A stretch of DNA of 64,000 bases from an uncultured archaeon (GTDB lineage Archaea; Iainarchaeota; Iainarchaeia; Iainarchaeales; GCA-2688035): positions 32,001-96,000 of the forward strand of contig CAYHBD010000016.1 of the NCBI GenBank assembly GCA_964354805.1, read 5' to 3'. Below are positions 45,724 through 55,009 of the stretch, piece by piece. How positions within the stretch are numbered: the stretch's first letter is position 1; each line of letters starts with the position of its first letter. Below the pieces are notes generated by a model. That model saw only the letters and a list, made by a program, of their open reading frames with translations. It made no database searches and was not told where the DNA came from. A program made the position numbers and the translations under genes.

Positions 45724-46082
45724 TACCATGATTCCACTTTTGCAACAATTATTTCCAGCGCGTTTTTGTACACCTGCACTTTTCCTGACACTGCAATAAA
45801 AGCGTTTTTCGCAATCAGCTGCCTTTGCTCTTCGCTTGGGTTAAAAATAACCGCCTGCATTTTTCCAGTGCCGTCATTCAACTGAAAAAACAAATTGTTT
45901 TGCCTGCCCCAAACAGAATCAACCCTTCCCTTTAGCAGCACGCTGCTGCCTGCCATTTGCTCATTCAATTCACCGATATTCGCGGGGGCTGGCTCAAACG
46001 CAGAGGTTAGTGCGAAAAGAAGAGCAATTCCAGCGATTGCTGAAATCAAAGCAATCCTCGCAATGTTATACTGTTGCAGCAT
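45723..46082 (-). CDS. Membrane-anchored OB-fold protein
   Basis: N-terminal TM; LNDGTGKMQAVIF...VSGKVQVYKNALEI. Confidence 0.88.
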   Translation of the reverse strand: MLQQYNIARIALISAIAGIALLFALTSAFEPAPANIGELNEQMAGSSVLLKGRVDSVWGRQNNLFFQLNDGTGKMQAVIFNPSEEQRQLIAKNAFIAVSGKVQVYKNALEIIVAKVESW

Positions 46083-46147
46083 TCAAAAAATTCGCTTTAA
46101 GGAAAAGGTATTAAAAGAAGCAGATAATTCGCTCTTTAACGAAGCTA

Positions 46148-46513
46148 TTAGCAGGGGATTAGTGATTCATTTAGATAAATGTTAATTGTTTCAAAATTTG
46201 TTTTATCCATAATAAGATCTTTAATTGTTCCTTCACCACTCCCGGTTAAACCTAATTCACTACATGTTAGTGTATCAGGCTCAGCAGACAAATTAAAATC
46301 AATTGTTAAGCCGCTCACTGCTGGCTTTACTTCGTCAATGTACACAAAGTAATCCAGTTTGCCTGCGTTTTCCACTACCTTAACTTTCAGCAATTCCATT
46401 GCTGTTACTGAATCATTTATGTTTGTGTAATAGCTTGCAATGGCAATGCTTCCTGCTAAAACAATCAATGCGATTATAAGCAATTCAATGCTAGTCTGCG
46501 CTCTGTCATTCAA
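46148..46513 (-). CDS. Pilin-like protein (class III signal peptide)
   Basis: DRA/QTSIELL plus hydrophobic helix. Confidence 0.85.
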   Translation of the reverse strand: MNDRAQTSIELLIIALIVLAGSIAIASYYTNINDSVTAMELLKVKVVENAGKLDYFVYIDEVKPAVSGLTIDFNLSAEPDTLTCSELGLTGSGEGTIKDLIMDKTNFETINIYLNESLIPC

Positions 46514-47066
46514 CCTTGATCACTCCAGCGCTATCTCTTGTTATAGCGTATGCCTTAAATGGTGGGAGTGGGCCTTGGATTTTCAGGCTGGCACAATTGC
46601 TCGGCACGGCGGTTTGCAGCAATGCAATTGAAGCGCTGCACTCAAAGTAAGGGGGTGATCCTATTTCCTCGCACCCCCGGGGTTTCGGTCTTTTTTCATT
46701 CATTTTGTTTACATCCACAGTAAAATTAATCTGGTTTCCACTGCATGAAATGCTTGCCTTGTTTGGAACAAGCAGGTGAATTGTTTTCTTGCTCTCGCCG
46801 CTGTTTGCAGCTGCTTCGTTTAAAGCGTTCGCCAATTTTTGGGCAGAAATTTTTGTATCGCTTACTCTTTGTACATCCTCTGCTGCAACTGTTGCGTCAT
46901 TTATCAGCGGCCAGACTGTTCCGTAAATGTAAACAAGCGTGATAACAATCAGCAGAATAAATTCAATGCTGACCTGGCCTTTTTGCCTTTTGGCAAAAAC
47001 CCCAGGGAAAAATGGCAATTGCTTCGCAATTGCTTGCCCTCTTTTGTTCAATGCAAGAAAACCCAA
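46506..47066 (-). CDS. Pilin-like protein with a repeat insertion duplicating its class III cleavage motif
   Basis: NKRGQ-[AIAKQLPFFPGVFAKRQKGQ]-VSIEF; alternative TTG start at 47051. Confidence 0.85.
   Translation of the reverse strand: MGFLALNKRGQAIAKQLPFFPGVFAKRQKGQVSIEFILLIVITLVYIYGTVWPLINDATVAAEDVQRVSDTKISAQKLANALNEAAANSGESKKTIHLLVPNKASISCSGNQINFTVDVNKMNEKRPKPRGCEEIGSPPYFECSASIALLQTAVPSNCASLKIQGPLPPFKAYAITRDSAGVIKVE
46975..47040 (+). repeat. Family-1 repeat, antisense and in-frame (60 nt) within the pilin gene
   Basis: GGCC-TTTTTGCC-TTTT-GGCAAAAA-CCCCAGGGAAAAAT-GGCAATTGC-TTC-GCAATTGC. Confidence 0.85.
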
Positions 47067-48031
47067 ATCAAATCACCAACTACATTCAACGCAATGTATG
47101 CAATCAATACAGCCGGAACCATTGCAGCGCTCTCCTTCACCATTATTGCATCCTGCAATTTTCCTTCCTTGACCAATTGCTGCAATTCTTTTATTTCCTC
47201 AACTGTAACTCCGCCTGCCCTCGCGCTTGAAACAATTTCCCTTTGCTGCATTGTTTTGCTGGATCTATTAGCAACAAAGTAGTTAATTAAATTTTTTATT
47301 CCCTTTTCAGGCGCCCTTTTCGCATTTCCAGCGCTTTCAACAATTGTTTCACCAACAATCATACCCTCCTGCAAATCGCTTATCCTGATTGTTTTTCTCA
47401 TTAAAACCTTTGACATGGTGTGCAATTTGAACAAAAAATAAACCAGCCAGATTGCAGCAATCGGCAGCAACAATTGGAAAAGGGCGTCATCCTTGTTCAA
47501 AAACGCGTAGCTGCCCAATGCAGCGATAACCACAAAGCCAATGCCAAAAAAAAGCAATTGCCTTATGATTTTTTTCCCGTGTCGTTTGTCCCTATGCAGC
47601 CTTCCCAATGCGAGGAAAATCCCATATGGCAGCATTGCAAACAAGCTGAAAATGAATAAAGTTAGGAAAAAGATTGGCAGCTCAATTGCCGCAAACAAAG
47701 GAATTGAAAGAACCCCAAGCCTGCCCAGAATATTTGGATTCACTGGATTCAATGCGGCAATCCCGGTGAAAAGCTTCACGTCACCGCCTGCCCAGACACC
47801 GGCTTTGTACAAAAGCAGGGAGAACAGGAAAGCAGCAATTGCCGCAATAACGGAATTAAAGAAAAGAAAAAAATTGCTTTCAAGAAAGCCAAGCGCCAAA
47901 TAGCCAATTAAACCAAGCGCAATCATTCCATAAGTGAGCTTGTCGCTCACAATCCTCTGCTTTAAATCAGTGTAGGATGCAATAATCAGCGCAATCAGTG
48001 AAGCAAGAAAAAAGAACAAGAAAGGGGTCAA
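47048..48031 (-). CDS. Prepilin peptidase (A24, EppA/FlaK/PibD-like)
   Basis: YTDLKQRIV and WAGGDVKL catalytic Asp motifs; multi-TM. Confidence 0.93.
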   Translation of the reverse strand: MTPFLFFFLASLIALIIASYTDLKQRIVSDKLTYGMIALGLIGYLALGFLESNFFLFFNSVIAAIAAFLFSLLLYKAGVWAGGDVKLFTGIAALNPVNPNILGRLGVLSIPLFAAIELPIFFLTLFIFSLFAMLPYGIFLALGRLHRDKRHGKKIIRQLLFFGIGFVVIAALGSYAFLNKDDALFQLLLPIAAIWLVYFLFKLHTMSKVLMRKTIRISDLQEGMIVGETIVESAGNAKRAPEKGIKNLINYFVANRSSKTMQQREIVSSARAGGVTVEEIKELQQLVKEGKLQDAIMVKESAAMVPAVLIAYIALNVVGDLIWVFLH

Positions 48032-48043
48032 AAAAAGCCCCCC

Positions 48044-48220
48044 TTATGCAGTCTGCAGCAGTGAAGCAATTGAATTATCCCTGTAATCCAAAATCTTTGC
48101 CTGAGCCTGCAAAGCAACGCCCCTGATTGAATCAACAACAATCGCCGCAATCATTGCAAGAGTAATGCCAAACAAAGCCATAAGCAAATACTCAATCGAA
48201 ACCTGCGCTCTTTGCTCCAT
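48044..48220 (-). CDS. Small pilin (58 aa)
   Basis: MEQRA/QVSIEYLLMALFG...; read by hand, GGTGG RBS. Confidence 0.88.
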   Translation of the reverse strand: MEQRAQVSIEYLLMALFGITLAMIAAIVVDSIRGVALQAQAKILDYRDNSIASLLQTA

Positions 48221-48247
48221 TGCAAACCACCATTCTTTATCTAATTA

Positions 48248-48601
48248 TTATGGCGTAGCCGTTGTACAGGTTTTCTTATTGCCTAAACCGCAGCTTGCAA
48301 AGTCCGTTGTAGCAGTGGCGTTAGTCATATCTGCTTTTAGTGGCTGGCACGCATAGCAAAGCCCTGCTGCTGTTTTAACACACGGCGAAACAGGAACTGC
48401 GGGTGGTCCCACCGACGCAACGTTGCAGCTAAGTGCACTGCATGACGCGTATGTTGCTTTCATTGCGCATTTGGTGGCTGCTTCTGGGTTTTGTGTTGTT
48501 GTTGGTATTCCTGTTATTAGTGCGATTACTATTGATGCCACTAAGACTGCTCCTCCTATGAGCAGCAGGTATTCCAATGCTCCCTGGCCTTTTTTATTCA
48601 T
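48248..48601 (-). CDS. Pilin, candidate major subunit
   Basis: MNKKG/QGALEYLLLIGG; GGAG RBS and own AT-rich upstream region. Confidence 0.9.
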   Translation of the reverse strand: MNKKGQGALEYLLLIGGAVLVASIVIALITGIPTTTQNPEAATKCAMKATYASCSALSCNVASVGPPAVPVSPCVKTAAGLCYACQPLKADMTNATATTDFASCGLGNKKTCTTATP

Positions 48602-48781
48602 AGATTTTACTCTCCGTTTTGATGTTAATTTATTCTTTTTTCTGGTTAATAAATATTCCTTTTATGTTTTTTAACCTTTTGGGGCTGTTTCTTTTCTGTT
48701 TCTTTAACCCTTGCCGGCGTTTTCTGGTATTGCCCTTTTATTTCTCTTTTTTTTTGGGTTAATCCATGATTTTTTTGTTTC

Positions 48782-48919
48782 TTATGGTGTTGTTGCTCCT
48801 TCGCCTGCTGCTGTTGCAGCCTGCTTCAGCATTACGCCCACGATTGCGGCAATTGCAACCGCCGCCCCAATCAACAGCAGCATTTCAATTGATGCCTGCG
48901 CTTTTTCTCCCAGTTCCAT
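48782..48919 (-). CDS. Small pilin (45 aa)
   Basis: MELGEKA/QASIEMLLLIGAAVAIAAIVG; read by hand. Confidence 0.88.
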   Translation of the reverse strand: MELGEKAQASIEMLLLIGAAVAIAAIVGVMLKQAATAAGEGATTP

Positions 48920-48967
48920 TTCATCCACCAAACCTGTTATTTGCCCATTCACGCTTTTCCACGGCTT

Positions 48968-49906
48968 TCACGCGTGTATTCCACTGATTAATCCGCTTGA
49001 AGCGAATGCTGATAAGTAAAAGCACGCGTATGCAATCAATAATAGTATTGGCAGGTATATAATACTTTTGTTCATTTTTCCTTCCCTCACCAATGCAATC
49101 ATTATGGCGCCTGCCACGACCTCAATCAGTATGTATGATTGCAGCAAGAGAATGATTATGCTGTTTGTTGCCATCGCATCTTGGATTTGAATGCTTGATA
49201 AATTCAAGCCAATTGCTGTCTGCATTAGGAGGTTTATTACTGTTGAAATCAAGCCAATGATAATTGGCGCAATAATTGCGCCGGCTGCAATAATGAAAAT
49301 AACCTGCAGCATTGTTCCGCTTATTCTTTCCCTTGTAATCCTGTGCAGTTCCCTTACATCATCGGCTATTTCATCAAGCACATCAGCCAGGCCAGCGCCT
49401 GCTTTGATTGAATCAATTATTATTGAAACAGTTCTTTTCACCAGAACGGAATCAATGTTTCCAGCAAAGCTGCGCAGGCTGTTCTCAAGGTTTTCGCCTT
49501 CTTCCATTTTTCGCAAAACGGTTTCCAGTTCCTTGCTTATTGGGCCATAGCCTGCTGTAACGATTTCCCTTAACGCGTACTCGTATGTTCCGCCTGATTT
49601 CAGGATGTCTGCCATTTGCTTCAGCGCTTCGGGCAGCATTTCCTCTATTGCGCTTGTTCTCCTTATTGCAAGCAGGTAGGGGTATCCAAGCATCAGGTCT
49701 GCTGCAACAATGAAAATTATTGGTGAAATCAGAGCTGAAATCGGCAATTGCAACATGAATACGAGGGCAATTGTTAAGAAAGCCAATAGAATTGAAACAA
49801 GCAAAGAAATCAGCAGCCATGCCTCTGCCGCTATTTTGAAATTTATTTGATGCAGGGCCTGCTTGTACGATTGCCAGAATTTGAATCCAGTGGATTTTTC
49901 AGCCAT
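48968..49906 (-). CDS. Type II secretion F/TadC-like pilus membrane platform protein
   Basis: IEEMLPEALKQMA, YGPISKE, GAGLADVLDEIA. Confidence 0.92.
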   Translation of the reverse strand: MAEKSTGFKFWQSYKQALHQINFKIAAEAWLLISLLVSILLAFLTIALVFMLQLPISALISPIIFIVAADLMLGYPYLLAIRRTSAIEEMLPEALKQMADILKSGGTYEYALREIVTAGYGPISKELETVLRKMEEGENLENSLRSFAGNIDSVLVKRTVSIIIDSIKAGAGLADVLDEIADDVRELHRITRERISGTMLQVIFIIAAGAIIAPIIIGLISTVINLLMQTAIGLNLSSIQIQDAMATNSIIILLLQSYILIEVVAGAIMIALVREGKMNKSIIYLPILLLIAYACFYLSAFASSGLISGIHA

Positions 49907-49948
49907 TTCTTTCACGCCCTTGTTTTGGATTTTTTTTAACCTCTTTTT

Positions 49949-51154
49949 TCACACCCTTGGTTGGGCTGTTTTAATGTATACGACAAAGCAAATCAAAATG
50001 AATGGGATTACCAGCAGATAAATTGCCGCAATTACCGGCAGGCTCAATGGCAGTGCCGCTAAAGCAATGCCTGTTGACTGCAGTGGGCTGTTTCTCACCG
50101 CGCCCAAAACACTGACCATTACCGGCAGAACAATTGCGCCGAAAACAAATAATACCCCGAGAAAATTCATTCTCATTCCAAATTCCCTGATTGCGCTCCT
50201 CATTTCGAATGAAACATCTTCAGCAATGTCACTCATTGCATCACTCAGGTTGCCGCCTGTTTTCAATGCCCTGATTATGTGGATTGCCGCATTCCGCAAT
50301 GCCTTGCTTTGCGTCCTTACTGCCAGATGCCTTAGCGCGTCCTGCGTATCAATGCCTTCCTCCACTTCCGTTATCACCTGGCTGAATTCTTCTGACAATG
50401 CGCCGTAGTCCGCTGTTGCAATTGTCTGTATTGTTTTGTACAATCCAATTCCCGCCCTCAGTTCTGTTGCCATGTGCCTTAATGCGAACGGCAGTTCAAC
50501 GCTTACAGCGCTGCCCCTTGCAATTGCCTTTCGTTTTGGAATAATTAACAGCACTACCGAGGAGATAAAGAATGAAAGGACTGAGATGATTATTATGAGC
50601 AAAATTCTTGTTGCAAGAGCCATATTCAGGTAAGTTAGGATTGCAATTGACAAAACCAATGAAATGAAGAAAACAATTGTTGAGGATGCAACAGTTAATG
50701 CGAGATACTGCTTGCTGCTGTACCTCATGTTCGCCGAATACAAATAGAATGCCAGCATCTCCATTTCAGGGAATTTGCCCAAAGCGTTTGCAATCGGCTT
50801 CAAAACAGCGCCCAAACTCAAATAAATTTTTGCAAGCGCCTGAATTATTTTCGATTTAACTTCACGCAGTTCTTCAATTGTTTGAATCTCAACGCCGGCA
50901 CCTTTGTCTTCGGCAATAAGACCCCGCAATTCTCCAAGAACCCCTTTTACCTCCGCAAACTCAACACCTTCAGCCCTGTATTTTTCCCGCATTCTTTTGA
51001 CTATCTTGTCAACCTTCTCCATGTCAATTTCAGAGGCAGCTTCCTCCGCTGGTGCAGCAGTTTTTCCTGCAACCGGCTTTTCATCCGCTGCAATCTTTTT
51101 CTTCAATGAAGCAACATTTTCAGGCATCAGTGCCAACTCCAATAAGATTTTCAT
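49949..51154 (-). CDS. Type II secretion F/TadC-like pilus membrane platform protein
   Basis: ELPFALRHMATELRAGIG, YGALSEEF, TGGNL; alternative start at 51127. Confidence 0.92.
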   Translation of the reverse strand: MKILLELALMPENVASLKKKIAADEKPVAGKTAAPAEEAASEIDMEKVDKIVKRMREKYRAEGVEFAEVKGVLGELRGLIAEDKGAGVEIQTIEELREVKSKIIQALAKIYLSLGAVLKPIANALGKFPEMEMLAFYLYSANMRYSSKQYLALTVASSTIVFFISLVLSIAILTYLNMALATRILLIIIISVLSFFISSVVLLIIPKRKAIARGSAVSVELPFALRHMATELRAGIGLYKTIQTIATADYGALSEEFSQVITEVEEGIDTQDALRHLAVRTQSKALRNAAIHIIRALKTGGNLSDAMSDIAEDVSFEMRSAIREFGMRMNFLGVLFVFGAIVLPVMVSVLGAVRNSPLQSTGIALAALPLSLPVIAAIYLLVIPFILICFVVYIKTAQPRV

Positions 51155-51182
51155 TTACAAGGGCAGCAATCAATCCATCTGC

Positions 51183-51210
51183 ATCCATTCAGCGCCCCTC
51201 CAATAAAAAC
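51183..51210 (-). pseudogene. Echo of the 3' end of the pilus ATPase gene
   Basis: ttt tta ttg gag ggg cgc tga versus the gene's ttt ttg ctg gag ggg cgc tga (both FLLEGR*). Confidence 0.75.
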
Positions 51211-51261
51211 ATTTCAACACATTTTGAGCAAAAGATTCGGCAGCTGCTGTATCCAGCCATT

Positions 51262-53031
51262 TCAGCGCCCCTCCAGCAAAAATAACTCGCTTGCCTTCTT
51301 TGTTTCAGCAATTCCCCTAATGCCCCTTGCCGCAAGCTGCTGCAGGAAAATTGTTCGCTCTCTCCACTCTTCTTCAATCTTGTTCCTGCTCAAGCCTGTG
51401 AAGTCCTGCAAAATTTTAAGGTACTTAATTGGCGCGGTTGTTTTCTCAATTGTGTCAGTAACCGGATTCCGTTCAAAAATCGTCTGGGTTTGCGGGCTTC
51501 TCAGCAGAACACCGCTGACTTCGCTGATGTTTGTAATCCTCCTGATAGTGCCCCGCTTCTTGTCATGGATTTTGTGCTCAACCATTATGATGTCAAGCCC
51601 TGATAGCATTACCTCCGGCACACTCATTGGCGGGTTGGTAACACGCACAATTGTTTCCTGCGGGCTGTTTGCGTGAACTGTTCCCATGCAACCGTCATGC
51701 CCGGTATTGAGTGCGGTGAACAGGGTGAATGCTTCATCGTGCCTTACCTCTCCCACAATTATCCTGTCAGGTCTCATTCTCAGGCTGTTTTTTGTCAAAA
51801 TATCAAGCGTCAGCTCTCCCTTTCCCTCTAATCCCGGCGGCCTTGCCTCAAGCCTAATCCAGTGGCGCAAAGGCAGATTTAACTCTGCCGTGTCTTCGAT
51901 TGTTATTATTCTTTCCCTTTCCGGAATGAAGCTGGCTAAGCAGTTCAAGGTTGTTGTTTTCCCGCTTGAGGTTCCGCCTGCTATTAGAATGTTTGCCGGC
52001 TTTGCTCCCATTCCTTCAACGCAAAGCCACAGGAAGCCAGCAACCTCTGCTGAAATAGTGCCCAGGCTGATTAAGTCAATCATGCTGTAAGGATCCTTTC
52101 TGAATTTTCTTATTGTGAGCGTTGCGCCTTCAACCGAAGCCGGTGCAATTGTTGCGTTCACCCTGCTTCCATCAGGCAGCCTTGCATCAAGCAATGGGCT
52201 GCTTATGTCTACTCTCCTTCCAACCTGCCTTGCAATCCTGTTGATTAAATCAATTACTTCCTGGTCGCTGTAGAACTCTATGTTTGAGGTCATCATTTCG
52301 TATTCCCTGTGGAACAAGTAGACAGGTTTTCTCGGGCCAATGATCATTATTTCCTCCAAGTTGTCATCTGTTACAAGTGGGTCGATTATTCCATATCCAA
52401 CCATTTCCCTTACAACGCATTCAGCGTAGAATTCAAATCTTCTCTCCGGAATGTGCAATTCTGGGCTGTTCCGCAGGATTTCAAGGATTTTTTGCGTGTA
52501 AACAGCTTTCCTCTGCTCCGGCTCCCTGATTCTGTAGGGGGAAATCGTAATCAGTCTTGTTGCAGCCTCTTTTATTGTACTAATCACTGTTTTCTCTGCT
52601 TTTGTCGGCCTTGCAACCGGAACATAATAATAAAGCAACGACTTTCCCGGAATCTGGTAAATTTTCACATCCCCGTAAGCAGTGATTTCCTTTTTTTGCG
52701 CTGCCCTCTCGATCTCTCTTTCGACATCGCTTTTCTCCGGAACCTCTTCCGCTGCTTCCCGCTCCGCAACCACTGTTCCTATGGCCTCGCTTCCCTTTGC
52801 CTCCGCTGCAATTGCCGCGGCACCGGCTTCTTCGGCAGCTGTTTCCTTTCCGGCAATCTCTTCCAGCGCCTCTATTGTTTCCTCGCCTGGCGCTGTCTCA
52901 TCTTCGCCTGCCCTAAAGCTTTTTTCCAACTCTTCGCCAAGCGATGCAGCGGGCTTTTTCTGCTGCTCTTCCTTTTTCTTTTCAGCCTTGACTTTTTTAA
53001 TCAATTCAGCCAAGTAATCCTGTTCAGGCAT
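51262..53031 (-). CDS. CpaF/VirB11-type pilus assembly ATPase
   Basis: Acidic N-terminal extension; GGTSSGKTT, IEDTAEL, LRMRPDRIIVGEVR, NTGHDG. Confidence 0.96.
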   Translation of the reverse strand: MPEQDYLAELIKKVKAEKKKEEQQKKPAASLGEELEKSFRAGEDETAPGEETIEALEEIAGKETAAEEAGAAAIAAEAKGSEAIGTVVAEREAAEEVPEKSDVEREIERAAQKKEITAYGDVKIYQIPGKSLLYYYVPVARPTKAEKTVISTIKEAATRLITISPYRIREPEQRKAVYTQKILEILRNSPELHIPERRFEFYAECVVREMVGYGIIDPLVTDDNLEEIMIIGPRKPVYLFHREYEMMTSNIEFYSDQEVIDLINRIARQVGRRVDISSPLLDARLPDGSRVNATIAPASVEGATLTIRKFRKDPYSMIDLISLGTISAEVAGFLWLCVEGMGAKPANILIAGGTSSGKTTTLNCLASFIPERERIITIEDTAELNLPLRHWIRLEARPPGLEGKGELTLDILTKNSLRMRPDRIIVGEVRHDEAFTLFTALNTGHDGCMGTVHANSPQETIVRVTNPPMSVPEVMLSGLDIIMVEHKIHDKKRGTIRRITNISEVSGVLLRSPQTQTIFERNPVTDTIEKTTAPIKYLKILQDFTGLSRNKIEEEWRERTIFLQQLAARGIRGIAETKKASELFLLEGR

Positions 53032-53167
53032 ACATTAATCCAATAAGAAATAGGCATTCTATTATATAAACTTTTTTTATGCGTTTTGGGGGATGTCATT
53101 TGCAATTTTTAAAAAATTTAAATGATATTTTTTCAATTGAATTAAATTAGAATTAAAGCGCAATTGC

Positions 53168-54895
53168 CTATTTCTTTTCCTTTATTTCCAGCAGCAATTG
53201 TTCAATGAATTTTTCCACTTTCACCGGGCCGATTACTTTTCCGCTTCTCTCCCTCACAGTAACAGTGCCTTCTTTTTCCTCTTTATCGCCGGCAACCAAA
53301 ATGTAGGGAACCTTTTGCATTTGCGCGTCCCTTACTTTTGCTGAAACCGTTTCGGTTCTGTCATCCAGTTCAACCCGCAAGCCCGCTTCCCGCATCTGCT
53401 TTACTGTTTTTTCCGCATATGCTTTGTGCCTGTCCGCTATCGCAATCAATGAAACCTGCACTGGCGCAAGCCATGAAGGAAAAGCCCCGCCATAATGTTC
53501 AATCAGTATTCCAAAGAATCTTTCCATTGAACCGTAAATTACCCTGTGCAGCATCACCGGTCTTTTTGGCTTGTCATCCCTGTCAATGTAATGCAAATCG
53601 AATTTTTCGGGCATGCTAAAATCCAGCTGGATTGTTGCGCACTGCCATGTCCTGTCCAAGGCATCCCTAATATGGAAATCGATTTTTGGGCCGTAGAATG
53701 CGCCCTCGCCTTCCTTCACTTTGAATTCAATTTTTCTTTTCTGCATTGCGTTGCCAAGCGCCTTTTCAGCTTTCTCCCAAATGGCAGCGCTGCCCATCGC
53801 GTTTTCAGGCTTTGTGCTTAATTCAACATGGTATGGAAACCCAAACGTTTTGTAAAAGTGGTCAACCAGTTCAATTATTTTGATTATTTCTTCTTCCATT
53901 TGTTCTTCAGTGCAGAAAATGTGTGCATCATCCTGGGTGAATTTCCTAACCCTGAACAATCCGTTCAAGACCCCTGATTTTTCATGCCTGTGGACTATTC
54001 CCATTTCAGCCATTCTGATCGGTAAATCCCTGTAGCTGTGCCTTTTCGTTTTGAATATGAGGATGCCTCCAGGGCAGTTCATTGGCTTTACGGCAAAATC
54101 CTCATCGTCAATTTTGGTGAAATACATGTTTTCCTTATAGTGGTCCCAGTGCCCGCTCTGCACCCACAAATCTTTTCGCAGAATAAGCGGGGTGTTTACC
54201 TCAACATATCCGGCTTTTGCATGCTCTGCTCTCCAAAAGTTTGCAAGCTCGTTCCACACAATCATTCCTTTTGGGTGGATGAAAACGCATCCAGGCGCTT
54301 CAGGCTGCATGCTGAACAGGTCAAGCTGCTTTCCAAGCAGCATGTGGTTTCTTTTCTCAGCTTCCTCTTTCCTCTGCACCCACTGCTGCAGCATTTTTTC
54401 TTCCGGAAAAGAAATTCCGTAAATCCTCTGCAGCATTTTGTTTTTCTCGCTGCCCCTCCAGTAAGCGCCTGCAACCCGCAATAATTTAATTGCTTTAATC
54501 TGCTCGCTGTTTTCAAGGTGCGGTCCTTTGCACAAGTCAGTGAATTCGCCATTGGTGTAAATGGAAACCTTTTTTCCCGGCAATTCATTGATTAATTCAA
54601 TCTTGTATTGTTGCTCTTTGAACAATTCAAGCGCTTTCTTTTTGTCAATCTCTTTTTTTTCAAATGCCTGTTTCTCTGCAATTATTTCCGCCATTTTTTT
54701 CTCAATACACTGCAGGTCGTCAGGCGTAAATGGCCTGCTTGAGTCAAAATCGTAGTAGAAGCCCTCTTCAATTGAGGGCCCGATTGCGAATTTCACATCT
54801 GGAAAAAGCAGCTTTACGGCTGCCGCCATCACATGGCTGCTGCTGTGCCAGAAGTGCTGCCTGTCCTCTTCCTTGCTCCAGTCGATTTTGCCCAT
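53168..54895 (-). CDS. thrS: Threonyl-tRNA synthetase (bacterial type, no TGS domain)
   Basis: HSSSH and DLCKGPH editing motifs, KPMNCP, FTQDDAH, GAFYGPKID, MLHR. Confidence 0.97.
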   Translation of the reverse strand: MGKIDWSKEEDRQHFWHSSSHVMAAAVKLLFPDVKFAIGPSIEEGFYYDFDSSRPFTPDDLQCIEKKMAEIIAEKQAFEKKEIDKKKALELFKEQQYKIELINELPGKKVSIYTNGEFTDLCKGPHLENSEQIKAIKLLRVAGAYWRGSEKNKMLQRIYGISFPEEKMLQQWVQRKEEAEKRNHMLLGKQLDLFSMQPEAPGCVFIHPKGMIVWNELANFWRAEHAKAGYVEVNTPLILRKDLWVQSGHWDHYKENMYFTKIDDEDFAVKPMNCPGGILIFKTKRHSYRDLPIRMAEMGIVHRHEKSGVLNGLFRVRKFTQDDAHIFCTEEQMEEEIIKIIELVDHFYKTFGFPYHVELSTKPENAMGSAAIWEKAEKALGNAMQKRKIEFKVKEGEGAFYGPKIDFHIRDALDRTWQCATIQLDFSMPEKFDLHYIDRDDKPKRPVMLHRVIYGSMERFFGILIEHYGGAFPSWLAPVQVSLIAIADRHKAYAEKTVKQMREAGLRVELDDRTETVSAKVRDAQMQKVPYILVAGDKEEKEGTVTVRERSGKVIGPVKVEKFIEQLLLEIKEKK

Positions 54896-55009
54896 AACTT
54901 AAGAATAAGTTGCGCTTTTTATTTAAAACTATGGGGGATGGTGGATTGCTCTCCTTATCAACTTCTATTGATTGCTTTTTAATTAATTTTACAGCATAAC
55001 TATCAGTAT

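Noticed and set aside
40795-53031. Archaellum operon
   Set aside because: No archaellin-like, FlaH or FlaF/G genes; the content fits a type IV pilus.
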